A program made the translations under genes and the position numbers. The notes under the pieces were generated by a model. The model made no database searches, was not told the origin of the DNA, and saw only the letters and a program-made list of their open reading frames with translations. Shown in pieces: positions 47,964 to 56,734 of a stretch of 64,000 nucleotides of DNA. Source of the DNA: Sphingomonas sp. (GTDB lineage: Bacteria; Pseudomonadota; Alphaproteobacteria; Sphingomonadales; Sphingomonadaceae); the NCBI GenBank assembly GCA_003248865.1, contig QFPK01000005.1, positions 95,465 to 159,464 of the forward strand, written 5' to 3'. Each line of letters starts with the position of its first letter. The first letter of the stretch is position 1.

Positions 47964-50900
47964 ATGAAAAGGTTGAAATCTACAACGGCCATTCTGGCCG
48001 TGGCCACTGCACTTGCCTGTTCTGGCACGGCGTCGGCCAATACGCTCTATTTTCAAATGAACCCGAACTATCAAGGCCTAGGGCAGCGACAGGTCTTCAT
48101 TTTCGGACAGGCCAATTCAACGGGAACGGTTACCGGCGGGAACGGCTTTTCGCAGGACTTCGATCTCGGTTCCGAAGGCTTCGCCATCATCACCTTGCCG
48201 AACGCGGACGAGCTGACGGCGAACGTCGTGCAGAGCCTCGGTTTTCGCGTGTCCTCAGAAGCGGCGGTCAGCGGCTACTTCCTCAGCCGCCAGTCGGCGA
48301 CCACCGACATGACCTACCTGATCGACGGGGAGCGGCTCGGCACCAACTATGTCGTCGCCGGCTACCAGAACATCTATCCCGACCAGATGTCGGTACAGGC
48401 CACGCAGGACGGCACCGTCGTCACCTTCACGCCGAAGAACAGCACCGCATTCCAGGTCACGCTGAACGCCGGCGAGACCTACATGTATCAGGCGAGCACC
48501 AACTTGTCCGGCAGCAGCATCGTCGCCGACAAGCCCATCGCCGTCTTCTCCGGCAACCAGTGCACCAACATTCCCACGGGCGTCAGCGCCTGCGACCACA
48601 TCGTGGAGCAGATGCCGTCGGTTGACCAATTGTCGTCCAGCTACCTGCTGGCACAGACGCCGCGCACGGGCACGCTCGGCAACGTGATGCGCGTGATCGC
48701 AACCGAGGATAACACCGAGGTCCGCGTGAACGGGGCCGTGGTGGCCACACTGGCCGCCAAGGGAGATTATTATGAAGGCCGGGTCGCCGGCGGGGTCGAA
48801 CTGGTCGCCTCTGCACCGGTTCTGGTCGCGCAGTATCTGATCGGGCAGGGGCAGGCCGGGGTCAACACCGACCCTGCGATGACCATCGTTCCCGGTTCCG
48901 ACCAGTGGTTGAAAAGCTATGTCTTCGCCACGCCGTCGGGCACTGCGAACTTCCCGACCGACTTCGTCTCGATCGTGATCCAGACCTCGTCGCTCGGCAG
49001 CCTCACCATCGACGGCGCGGTGGCGGACGGCACGCTATTCAACCCGCTGGGCTCCACGCTCTACAGCTACGGCAACATCGACGTGTCGGCCTACAGCGGA
49101 CCGTTCAGCATTTCGGCCGACACGCCCTTCCAGCTGCTGCTCTCGGGCTTTGACAGCTATGACAGCTACTTCACCTATGGCGGCGCCGCCTTCGCGCCGG
49201 GCGCTTCTCCGCCGCCCGACCCGGTGGATCCGCCGCCGCCCGGAATCGACGTCTATTGGGACGGCGACGGCGCGGGCAGCGCGGACAACGGCAACGTCGA
49301 TGGCGGCAGCGGCATCCTCACCGCAGACAGCGTGAACCTCACGCTCGAAAATGGCGCCACCAACAATGTGCTGCCTGAAAGCGCGACGGTCATTTTCGAA
49401 GGTACGCCGGGCACCGTCACCATTGATGATGTCGATGGCCCCCTGTCGTTCGCCGGGCTCCGGTTCGGAGTCGATGGCTATGTGCTGACCGGGGATAACT
49501 TTGCCCTCGCCGCAGAGGGAACGCCGGTCATCAACGTCGCAGGCGAAGTGGGCGAAGGCGGTACCACCGCCTATGTGGCCACTATCCAGAATGTGATCAC
49601 CGGCACGCAGGGTTTCGCCAAGACCGGCATCGGAACCCTCGTTCTCTCTGGGCTCAACACCTACAGCGGCGGCACCAATGTCCAGCAGGGCACGGTGATC
49701 GGCAATTCCACCACCTTCGGCACCGGCAGCGTCAACGTATCGTCTGGCGCCACAGTCATCTTCAACCAGACAACGGCGGGAAGTTTCTCGCAGGGGCTCG
49801 GTGGTGCGGGCAACTTCGTGAAGGCAGGTGCAGCGGCCCTGATCCTGGGTGGCGCCAACAGTTTCAGCGGCTCGGCGCTGGTGCAGCAGGGGCTGTTGCA
49901 GGTCAGCGGTTTCGTCGGCGGTGGCAGCTTCAGCGTGGCATCGGGCGGCATCCTGGGCGGCACGGGCACCGTGGGCTCCACGGTTGTGCAGTCCGGCGGT
50001 CGCGTGGCGCCGGGCGCGTCGATCGGCACGCTCACAGTGTCCGGCAATTTCACCCAGTCCACCGGCTCTTTCTACGATGTGGAACTGAACTCCCTCGGGG
50101 TGTCCGACCTGCTCGACATCAGCGGTACGGCCACCATCGAACCCGGCGCGACGCTCACCGTCACCAAGCTGGACACGGCGCAGACGCTGCTCGGCACCTC
50201 CTATCTGGTGCTGACTGCGGATGGCGGTCGCACCGGCACCTACAGCAACATCACCGGGAACACGCGGGTCTCGGCTTTCATCAACCTGGTGCCGGTCTAC
50301 ACTGCGACTGATGTCTGGCTCACCGCCAGCAAGACCCGCGCCTTCGCGGCCGCGGGCCTCACGCCCAACCAGATCGCTGCTGCCGGCGGGGCGGACCATG
50401 CCGGCAACGGCGCGCTCTACAATGCGATCCTCTACCTGCAGACGGATGCCGAAGCGCAAGCCGCCTTCGACTCCATCTCGGGTGAGATCCACGCCTCCCT
50501 GCGCGGCATCACGCTGGAAGACAGCCGCTTCGTCCGTGAGGCGATGATCAACCGCACCGTCGGAGAGCGAGAGCCCTCCAAGGCGCTGTGGATCCATGGC
50601 TATGGCAGCTGGGCGTCGATCAGCAACGACGGCAACGCCGCGCAGCTGAAGCGCGACATCGGCGGTTTCTTCCTCGGCGGCGAAATGGTCAGCGACAGCG
50701 GGCTGATCGTGGGTGCCGTCACCGGCTATGGCAAGGGTGATGTGCAGGTCGATGGCCGGCTGTCGTCGGCCGATACGTCCGATGCCTATCTGGGCGGCTA
50801 TGTCGGCTACAACGCCTTCGGCTTCAATGCCCGGGCGGGCCTCGCCTATCAGTGGCGCGATGTGAAGACGACGCGGCAGGTGGGTTTCACCGGCTTCAGC

Positions 50901-51380
50901 GACCGGACGACCGCGAAATATGATCTGAACACATTCCAGATCTTCGCGGATGCCGGTTACAAGCTGAACATCGGTCTGGAGCCGTTCTTCCAGCTCGCCT
51001 ATGTCGATGTCTCCAACGGCGGCTTCTCGGAATCGGGCGGCACTGCTGCGCTTGACGGCTCCGGCGGCGCCAACTTCTGGCTCACCCAGCTCGGCACCCG
51101 CTTCGGCTTCGGGCTTGGTACAGGGATTGCCCTGAACGGCTCCATCGGCTGGCGCCACCTCGCCGGAGGGGACCGCAACACGCCGGTTACGATGGCGTTC
51201 GGGGCTGGTCCGTCGTTCGATATCCTCGGCGCCTCGCTCGCCAAGGATTCCGCAGCACTCAGCCTCGCCGTCGGCGGCAGCATCGGCAAGAACCTCTCGA
51301 TCGACCTTGGCTACAGCGGGGTCGCCGGAAAAGGCTTCTCCGACCATGGCGTCCGGGGCTCGCTGACCTTCCGCTTCTAG
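47964..51380 (+). CDS. autotransporter outer-membrane protein with large passenger
   Basis: Signal peptide MKRLKSTTAILAVATALACSGTASA. Repeated 'GTLVLSG.N.YSGGT.V..G' autotransporter-associated beta-strand repeats. C-terminal beta-barrel ends ...GSLTFRF. Confidence 0.85.
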   Translation: MKRLKSTTAILAVATALACSGTASANTLYFQMNPNYQGLGQRQVFIFGQANSTGTVTGGNGFSQDFDLGSEGFAIITLPNADELTANVVQSLGFRVSSEAAVSGYFLSRQSATTDMTYLIDGERLGTNYVVAGYQNIYPDQMSVQATQDGTVVTFTPKNSTAFQVTLNAGETYMYQASTNLSGSSIVADKPIAVFSGNQCTNIPTGVSACDHIVEQMPSVDQLSSSYLLAQTPRTGTLGNVMRVIATEDNTEVRVNGAVVATLAAKGDYYEGRVAGGVELVASAPVLVAQYLIGQGQAGVNTDPAMTIVPGSDQWLKSYVFATPSGTANFPTDFVSIVIQTSSLGSLTIDGAVADGTLFNPLGSTLYSYGNIDVSAYSGPFSISADTPFQLLLSGFDSYDSYFTYGGAAFAPGASPPPDPVDPPPPGIDVYWDGDGAGSADNGNVDGGSGILTADSVNLTLENGATNNVLPESATVIFEGTPGTVTIDDVDGPLSFAGLRFGVDGYVLTGDNFALAAEGTPVINVAGEVGEGGTTAYVATIQNVITGTQGFAKTGIGTLVLSGLNTYSGGTNVQQGTVIGNSTTFGTGSVNVSSGATVIFNQTTAGSFSQGLGGAGNFVKAGAAALILGGANSFSGSALVQQGLLQVSGFVGGGSFSVASGGILGGTGTVGSTVVQSGGRVAPGASIGTLTVSGNFTQSTGSFYDVELNSLGVSDLLDISGTATIEPGATLTVTKLDTAQTLLGTSYLVLTADGGRTGTYSNITGNTRVSAFINLVPVYTATDVWLTASKTRAFAAAGLTPNQIAAAGGADHAGNGALYNAILYLQTDAEAQAAFDSISGEIHASLRGITLEDSRFVREAMINRTVGEREPSKALWIHGYGSWASISNDGNAAQLKRDIGGFFLGGEMVSDSGLIVGAVTGYGKGDVQVDGRLSSADTSDAYLGGYVGYNAFGFNARAGLAYQWRDVKTTRQVGFTGFSDRTTAKYDLNTFQIFADAGYKLNIGLEPFFQLAYVDVSNGGFSESGGTAALDGSGGANFWLTQLGTRFGFGLGTGIALNGSIGWRHLAGGDRNTPVTMAFGAGPSFDILGASLAKDSAALSLAVGGSIGKNLSIDLGYSGVAGKGFSDHGVRGSLTFRF

Positions 51381-51578
51381 GGGCCGCATCCGGCGGCTTG
51401 TTTCCAATAGCCGCTTCCAGCGGCCGGCAACTTCCGGGCCCACACCCCAAGCGGGGCCAGGGGGCAAGAGCCAGCATCGCGACGGCGTTGCTGGCTCTTC
51501 GCACCTCCGGACACTGTCACGCCGGATGCCCCCACATTGAATGATTGTGCCGCCCGCCCGCCTCGCTAGATTTCGCCG

Positions 51579-52751
51579 ATGCGCCTCAGCGATTGCCACA
51601 ATGTGCAGGATTTCAGGCGGCTGGCGAAGCAGCGGCTACCGGGCCCCGTATTCCACTATATCGACGGCGCCGCCGACGACGAGATCACCAAGGCCCGCAA
51701 CAGCAGCGCCTTCGACGATGTCGATCTGCTGCCCAATGTGCTGGCGGGCGTGGCCGATGTGGACATGTCCGTCACCGTGCTCGGCCGCAAGCTGGCGATG
51801 CCGCTGTTCCTCAGCCCCACCGCGCTGCAACGGCTGTTCCACTGGCAGGGGGAACGCGCGGTCGGCCGCGCCGCCTCGGCCTTCGGCACCTATTTCGGCG
51901 TCTCCAGCCTCTCCACCGTCAGCCTGGAGGATATCGGCCGCACCGTCAGCGGCCCCAAGATGCTCCAGCTCTATGTCCACAAGGACGAGGGGCTGAACCG
52001 ATCGCTGGTGCAGCGCGCGCAGGGCGCCGGTTTCGATTGCCTCACCCTCACCGTGGACACCATCGTGGGCGGCAACCGCGAACGCTGCCTGCGCACGGGC
52101 TTCACCAGCCCGCCGCGCTTCACCGCCTCCAGCATCTGGGAATATGCGACCAAGCCCGGCTGGGCGCTCAACTATCTGTTCCGCGAACGCTTTTCCCTTC
52201 CCAACCTCGAAGGCCATCTGCCGGAAGGCAGCCAAAAATCCATGTCGGTCGCGGATTATTTCACCCGGATGCTGGACCAGACTCTGGACTGGAAACGCGC
52301 AGAGGCGATCCGCACCAGCTGGGGCGACCGCCCCTTCTGCCTGAAAGGCGTGATGAGCGTGGAGGACGCGAAGCGCGCCATCGACATCGGCGCCACCGCC
52401 ATCATGGTCTCCAACCACGGCGGCCGCCAGCTCGACGGCAGCCGCGCCCCGTTCGACCAGATCGCCGAACTCGCGGACGCAGTGGGCGACCGCATCGAGA
52501 TCATCTGCGACGGCGGCATCCAGCGCGGCACCCATGTACTGAAGGCGCTGGCGGCGGGCGCGCGGGCCTGCTCCGGCGGCCGTCTCTATCTCTATGCGCT
52601 GGGCGCGGCCGGCGAACCGGGCGTTCGCCGTATCCTCGGCAGGCTGCAGGATGAGATCGAGCGCGACATGAAGCTGATGGGCATCACCCGCCTCGACCAG
52701 CTGAACCGCAGCAAGCTCCGCTCCAGACGAGGACATGTCAAAAATATTTGA
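51579..52751 (+). CDS. FMN-dependent alpha-hydroxy-acid oxidase/dehydrogenase (L-lactate dehydrogenase-like)
   Basis: 390 aa with VFHYIDGAADDE, KGV.SVEDA, SNHGGRQLD and DGGI.RG motifs. Confidence 0.85.
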   Translation: MRLSDCHNVQDFRRLAKQRLPGPVFHYIDGAADDEITKARNSSAFDDVDLLPNVLAGVADVDMSVTVLGRKLAMPLFLSPTALQRLFHWQGERAVGRAASAFGTYFGVSSLSTVSLEDIGRTVSGPKMLQLYVHKDEGLNRSLVQRAQGAGFDCLTLTVDTIVGGNRERCLRTGFTSPPRFTASSIWEYATKPGWALNYLFRERFSLPNLEGHLPEGSQKSMSVADYFTRMLDQTLDWKRAEAIRTSWGDRPFCLKGVMSVEDAKRAIDIGATAIMVSNHGGRQLDGSRAPFDQIAELADAVGDRIEIICDGGIQRGTHVLKALAAGARACSGGRLYLYALGAAGEPGVRRILGRLQDEIERDMKLMGITRLDQLNRSKLRSRRGHVKNI

Positions 52752-52798
52752 CATGCGCTGACCCTTCGCCCATTTCGTGTCGAAGATTTTCGACACGA
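52735..52798 (+). promoter_or_regulatory. pair of related perfect palindromes (candidate operators) upstream of the membrane-protein/XRE pair
   Basis: ATGTCAAA-AATA-TTTGACAT (52735-52754, overlaps the upstream stop codon) and TCGTGTCGAA-GATT-TTCGACACGA (52775-52798). Shared core TGTCRAA-N4-TTYGACA. Confidence 0.5.
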
Positions 52799-52810
52799 AG
52801 GGATTCGCCT

Positions 52811-53248
52811 ATGTTCCCCCCAGACGCCTCGTTCCGCGAGAAATCAGCGCTCGCCATGCTCATTCTCTGGCTGCTCGTCACCGCCTTCTACATCGTGGAA
52901 ATGGCGCCCTGGCGCTGGACGATGCACAGCATCCACGCCCCCATGAAGCCCTTCGTGGTCGCCACCATCGCCATCATCATCGGCTCGATCGTCGTGCAGG
53001 CGGTGCTGGGCGCCCGCGATCCGAAAGAGGCTTCCGCCCCCGCCGACGAACGGGAACGCCCCATCCTCGACAAGGCCAGCTCATGGTCCGGCACGGTGCT
53101 GGGCGTCGGCTGTGTCGCCTCAATCCTGCACTATCTCCAGCACGGCAGCGGAGACCTGCTGTTCCACACCATCTTCCTCAGCCTGATCCTGTCCGCGATG
53201 TCCGAGTTCGCCTTCCAGCTCTGGCTGTTCCGGCGTGCTTCGCGATGA
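52811..53248 (+). CDS. small 4-TM membrane protein (DUF2178-like)
   Basis: 145 aa. ATG at 52811 is preceded by GAAGGGA. Has a central DERE-containing loop. ATGA overlap with the downstream HTH gene. Confidence 0.55.
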   Translation: MFPPDASFREKSALAMLILWLLVTAFYIVEMAPWRWTMHSIHAPMKPFVVATIAIIIGSIVVQAVLGARDPKEASAPADERERPILDKASSWSGTVLGVGCVASILHYLQHGSGDLLFHTIFLSLILSAMSEFAFQLWLFRRASR

Positions 53249-53460
53249 CGAAGCGCCCCCCCATCACCAACCGGGTGAAGGAATATCGCGAGCGTCACGG
53301 CGGCCTCACCCAGGCCCAGCTGGGCGAGGCGGTCGGCGTCACCCGCCACACCATCATCGCCATCGAACAGGGCCATTATTCCCCCAGCCTGGAAACTGCC
53401 TTCCGCATCGCCCGCCTGTTTGGGGCCGGGGTGGAAGATCTGTTCGGCTGGGACGGATAG
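53245..53460 (+). CDS. XRE-family helix-turn-helix transcriptional regulator (71 aa)
   Basis: RVKEYRERHGGLTQAQLGEAVGVTRHTIIAIEQGHYSPSLETAFRIARLFG. Confidence 0.85.
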   Translation: MTKRPPITNRVKEYRERHGGLTQAQLGEAVGVTRHTIIAIEQGHYSPSLETAFRIARLFGAGVEDLFGWDG

Positions 53461-53526
53461 GGCTGGCGAAGCCGCAGCCGCCCGGCTAACCCTTGCCCCC
53501 TGCAAAACAGGGCCACGAAAAGGGAA

Positions 53527-54729
53527 GTGCCGATGCGCAAGAGAGTCTGGATACCGGCCCTGCTGCTGATCCTGCTGGCCGCCGGTTTCGGCTTCCTGCC
53601 CGGCTGGCTGGAAGGCCGCACCAACAAGGTGGACGGCCTGCCGCTGATCCCGGTCTCGGCCGAGGCCAAGGCGCTGCACCGCAGCCTGCGCATCGTCGAT
53701 CTCCACTCCGACACGCTGCTGTGGAACCGCAATATCCTGCACCGCGCCAATCGCGGTCACGAGGATCTGCCCCGGCTGCAAGAAGGCAATGTCGCGCTCC
53801 AGCTGTTCTCCTCCGTCACCAAGTCCCCGCGCGGGCAGAATTACGATGGCAACAGCGGCGACACCGACAATATCACTCCGCTCGTCATCGCCCAGCTGCA
53901 GCCGCTGCGCACCTGGTCTTCCCTGCTGCAACGCTCGCTGTTCCACGCCGAAAAGCTGGATACGGCCGTCGATGCTTCGGGCGGCCAACTGAAGAAGGTG
54001 GAGGACGCCGCTTCGCTTGATGCGCTGCTCGCGGCCCGCGCCGGCGCCGGAACCGACAAGGCGGGCGCAGGCGGCGGCGGCCCGGTCGGCGCCATGCTCA
54101 CCATCGAAGGTCTGCAGAATCTGGAAGGGGAGGCGGGCAATCTCGATGCGCTTTACGCCGCCGGCTTCCGCATGGCGGGCCTCACCCATTTCTTCGACAA
54201 TGAACTGGCCGGCTCCATGCACGGCATCTCCAAGGCCGGGCTCACCCCGCTCGGCCGCGAGGTGGTGCGCCGCATGGAGGACAAGGGCATGATCGTCGAT
54301 GTCGCCCACCTCTCCCACGCCGGGCTCGCGGAACTGATCCGCATCGCGCGCCGCCCGCTCGTCTCCAGCCATGGCGGGGTGCAGGCGATCTGCACCACCA
54401 ACCGCAACCTGTCTGACGAAGAGATCCGGGGAATCGCCGCCACCGGCGGCCTGATCGGCATCGGCTATTGGGACGGCGCCATCTGCGGCACCGATCCGCG
54501 CATGGCCGCGAAATCGATGAAGCATGTGCGCGATCTGGTCGGTATCCAGCATGTCGCGCTGGGCTCGGATTACGACGGCGCCACCACCGTCCGCTTCGAT
54601 ACCAGCCATCTGGAACAGATTACCCAGGCGCTGGTGGATGAAGGCTTCACCCGGGAGGAAATCCGCGACGTGATGGGCGAGAACGCCCTGCGTGTGCTGC
54701 GCGCCGGAATCGAACCGCTAGCGCCCTGA
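53527..54729 (+). CDS. membrane-anchored M19-family dipeptidase
   Basis: N-terminal TM with VDLHSDTL, a (HF)FDNE-like region, DVAHLS, SSHGG and LGSDYDG motifs. GTG start at 53527, ATG two codons later. Confidence 0.8.
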   Translation: MPMRKRVWIPALLLILLAAGFGFLPGWLEGRTNKVDGLPLIPVSAEAKALHRSLRIVDLHSDTLLWNRNILHRANRGHEDLPRLQEGNVALQLFSSVTKSPRGQNYDGNSGDTDNITPLVIAQLQPLRTWSSLLQRSLFHAEKLDTAVDASGGQLKKVEDAASLDALLAARAGAGTDKAGAGGGGPVGAMLTIEGLQNLEGEAGNLDALYAAGFRMAGLTHFFDNELAGSMHGISKAGLTPLGREVVRRMEDKGMIVDVAHLSHAGLAELIRIARRPLVSSHGGVQAICTTNRNLSDEEIRGIAATGGLIGIGYWDGAICGTDPRMAAKSMKHVRDLVGIQHVALGSDYDGATTVRFDTSHLEQITQALVDEGFTREEIRDVMGENALRVLRAGIEPLAP

Positions 54730-55320
54730 GGGCGACCGCCCGCCGGCGCTTTCGGAGCCCGGCCGCCCGAAGGTCGTGCTGGCTTCCAGATGCGTATAGG
54801 CCTCGGTCAGCGCAGTGAAACGCGCCTCATGCTCCCGGCTGCCCTTGTTGGCATCCGGGTGATAGCGCCGTGCCAGCTTGCGATAGACCGCCTTCACCTC
54901 GGCCAGCGTCGCCGTCTCGGGCAGGCCCAGCTTCGACAGCGCCTGCCGGTCCTCCCGGCTCAGCGGGCTTTGCGCTTTCGCCTGTGCGGTGGTTTTCCAG
55001 CGCAGCACGCCCAGCGCATCGTCCACCCGCATCTCGCCGTTGGCGGCATTGTGGGCGAAGGCGCGGGTTTCCCGATCCCATGTCGGATAGGGCGTCTGCG
55101 CGTCCCAGATGGCGTCCTCGCTCATCCCCTCGAAGTAATTCCACTTCGCGTTGAACTCGCGCACATGTTCCAGGCAGAAATATTGCCACTCCGGCGGCCC
55201 GGAAGGCGCGGCGAAGCTGCTGCCCGGCCGCCGCACCGGCGCACGATAATCCCCCGCTTCGTCGCACCCTTCGTGCGCGCAGGCCTGATTTCCCGGAAAT
55301 GCGCCGCCCTTCGCCTTCAT
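54718..55320 (-). CDS. J-domain (DnaJ-like) protein
   Basis: C-terminal J domain with VKAVYRKLARRYHPDANKG. N-terminal Cys/His region (CAHEGC...FCLEHV). ATG at 55320. Confidence 0.8.
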   Translation of the reverse strand: MKAKGGAFPGNQACAHEGCDEAGDYRAPVRRPGSSFAAPSGPPEWQYFCLEHVREFNAKWNYFEGMSEDAIWDAQTPYPTWDRETRAFAHNAANGEMRVDDALGVLRWKTTAQAKAQSPLSREDRQALSKLGLPETATLAEVKAVYRKLARRYHPDANKGSREHEARFTALTEAYTHLEASTTFGRPGSESAGGRSPSGR

Positions 55321-55382
55321 GCCCGTTCCCTGAACGCCAAAACCCTCCATATAGGGGCTGTATCAGCTTGCGGGAGGTCGTG

Positions 55383-55649
55383 ATGGGTGCCGTGAAAGAG
55401 GAAATCGAACTCCGCCTGCGGGAGAATTTCTCGCCCACGCATCTGGAGGTGATCGACGACAGCGCGAAACACGCCGGCCATGCCGGGCACGACCCGCGCG
55501 GCGAAAGCCATTTCACCGTCGAGATCGTCTCCGTCCGGTTCGAGGGGCTGAGCCGCGTCGAACGCCAGCGCGCCGTCAACCGAGCGTTGGCCGATCTGCT
55601 GGTGGAACGGGTGCACGCGCTGGCGATCCGGGCGTCAACCCCAGGCTGA
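55383..55649 (+). CDS. bolA: BolA-family protein
   Basis: 88 aa: LEVIDDSAKHAGHAG...HFTVEIVS..F.G.SRVERQRAVN.AL. ATG at 55383 is preceded by GGGAGG. Confidence 0.85.
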   Translation: MGAVKEEIELRLRENFSPTHLEVIDDSAKHAGHAGHDPRGESHFTVEIVSVRFEGLSRVERQRAVNRALADLLVERVHALAIRASTPG

Positions 55650-55658
55650 CGGCCGCCC

Positions 55659-56618
55659 ATGGCCGCAGGGCAGCCGCTCTGCTACGCTCCGCCCGTGAGT
55701 ATCCGTAACCACGGCACAGGTCATGCCCTTGCGTCACGCGAAATGGCCATCCTGCTTGCCGTGGCCGATGCCGGCAGCATCCGCCGCGCCGCTTCCGATC
55801 TCGGCCTGACCCCGGCCGCCGTCAGCAAGACGGTGCGCGGCGTCGAGGCGCGTCTGGGCGCCGCCTTGTTCGAACGCACCGCTGGCGGCATGGCCGTCGC
55901 CGAGGCCGCCGAGCCGCTGCTGAAATCCGGCCGCAAGGCGCTGATGGAATTGTCCGCCGCAGAGGCCGGGTTCCGAAGCCGGTCGGGCACCATCGCCGGG
56001 CAGATCCGCATCGGGGCGGGCCCTTTCCCCGCCGCCTCCGTCGCCCGCATCCTGGTGCCGGAAGCCAAGCGGCGGCTGCCCGACGTCCGCCTCTCGGTGG
56101 AACTCGGAACCGCCGAGGAACTGCTGGCGGGCCTCCAGCGCGGCCGGCTCGATCTCGCCATCTGCCATCTGGAGGATGTGGCGCTGCCGCCGGGCTTCCG
56201 CGCCCATGTGATCCAGCGGCTGCACTCGGTGATCATGGCCCGCCCCGATCATCCGCTCGCCGGCGTCGCCGCGCTGCCGCCCGCCCGCCTCGCGGGCTAT
56301 GGCCTCGCCTGCTTCCACCCCTACGGCCGCTTCCTGCGCTGGTATCACGCTGAAGTTGGGGCAGAGGCAGAGATCGGCTTCATCGGCTCTGATTTCGACC
56401 TTCTGGCCGAGGCCGTCGCCCAGTCAGACCTGCTGCTGCTCTCCTCGCGCAGCCTCGCCGTGGTGCTCGCCCGCTCGCACGGCCTCGCCGCGCTGGACAT
56501 CGCCTGGGCGGGCTTCTCGCACGACGTGAACATCATTCAGCCCGAACCGCCGGCCTCTCCCGCCGCAGTCGCCGTGATCGGCCTGATGGACGAAACCCTG
56601 CGCCAGTGGGAAGCCTGA
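55659..56618 (+). CDS. LysR-family transcriptional regulator
   Basis: HTH segment LLAVADAGSIRRAASDLGLTPAAVSKTVRGVE plus a substrate-binding domain. The true start may be GTG 55695 or ATG 55743. Confidence 0.8.
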   Translation: MAAGQPLCYAPPVSIRNHGTGHALASREMAILLAVADAGSIRRAASDLGLTPAAVSKTVRGVEARLGAALFERTAGGMAVAEAAEPLLKSGRKALMELSAAEAGFRSRSGTIAGQIRIGAGPFPAASVARILVPEAKRRLPDVRLSVELGTAEELLAGLQRGRLDLAICHLEDVALPPGFRAHVIQRLHSVIMARPDHPLAGVAALPPARLAGYGLACFHPYGRFLRWYHAEVGAEAEIGFIGSDFDLLAEAVAQSDLLLLSSRSLAVVLARSHGLAALDIAWAGFSHDVNIIQPEPPASPAAVAVIGLMDETLRQWEA

Positions 56619-56625
56619 GCCCGGC

Positions 56626-56642
56626 GTCAACCAAAGGTTGAC
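56626..56642. promoter_or_regulatory. palindrome GTCAACC-AAA-GGTTGAC, candidate LysR-type binding site upstream of the sulfatase gene
   Basis: Perfect 7-bp arms, 8 nt after the LysR stop and ~90 nt before the sulfatase start. Confidence 0.3.
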
Positions 56643-56734
56643 ACTGACGCAACCGCGACAGGCCTATTCCCCGCTTCCCACCCCCGGGTAGCTGGCCGGC
56701 GCGACGCAAGCCGCGCGCAGCAGGGGAGGAATGC

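Noticed and set aside
51466-51500. Hairpin AAGAGCCAGCA...TGCTGGCTCTT after the autotransporter as a terminator
   Set aside because: It has a 12-nt loop and no trailing T-run, so evidence for a rho-independent terminator is insufficient.
49035-51599. 854-aa minus-strand ORF antisense to the autotransporter; likewise 56744..59047 (antisense to the sulfatase), 23563..25551 (dsbD), 38405..40351, 59498..61051, 1327..2715, 53131..54609 and 16109..17095
   Set aside because: All overlap strongly supported genes on the opposite strand and translate to Gly/Arg/Ala/Asp-rich low-complexity sequence. These are long stop-free antisense frames expected in GC-rich DNA.
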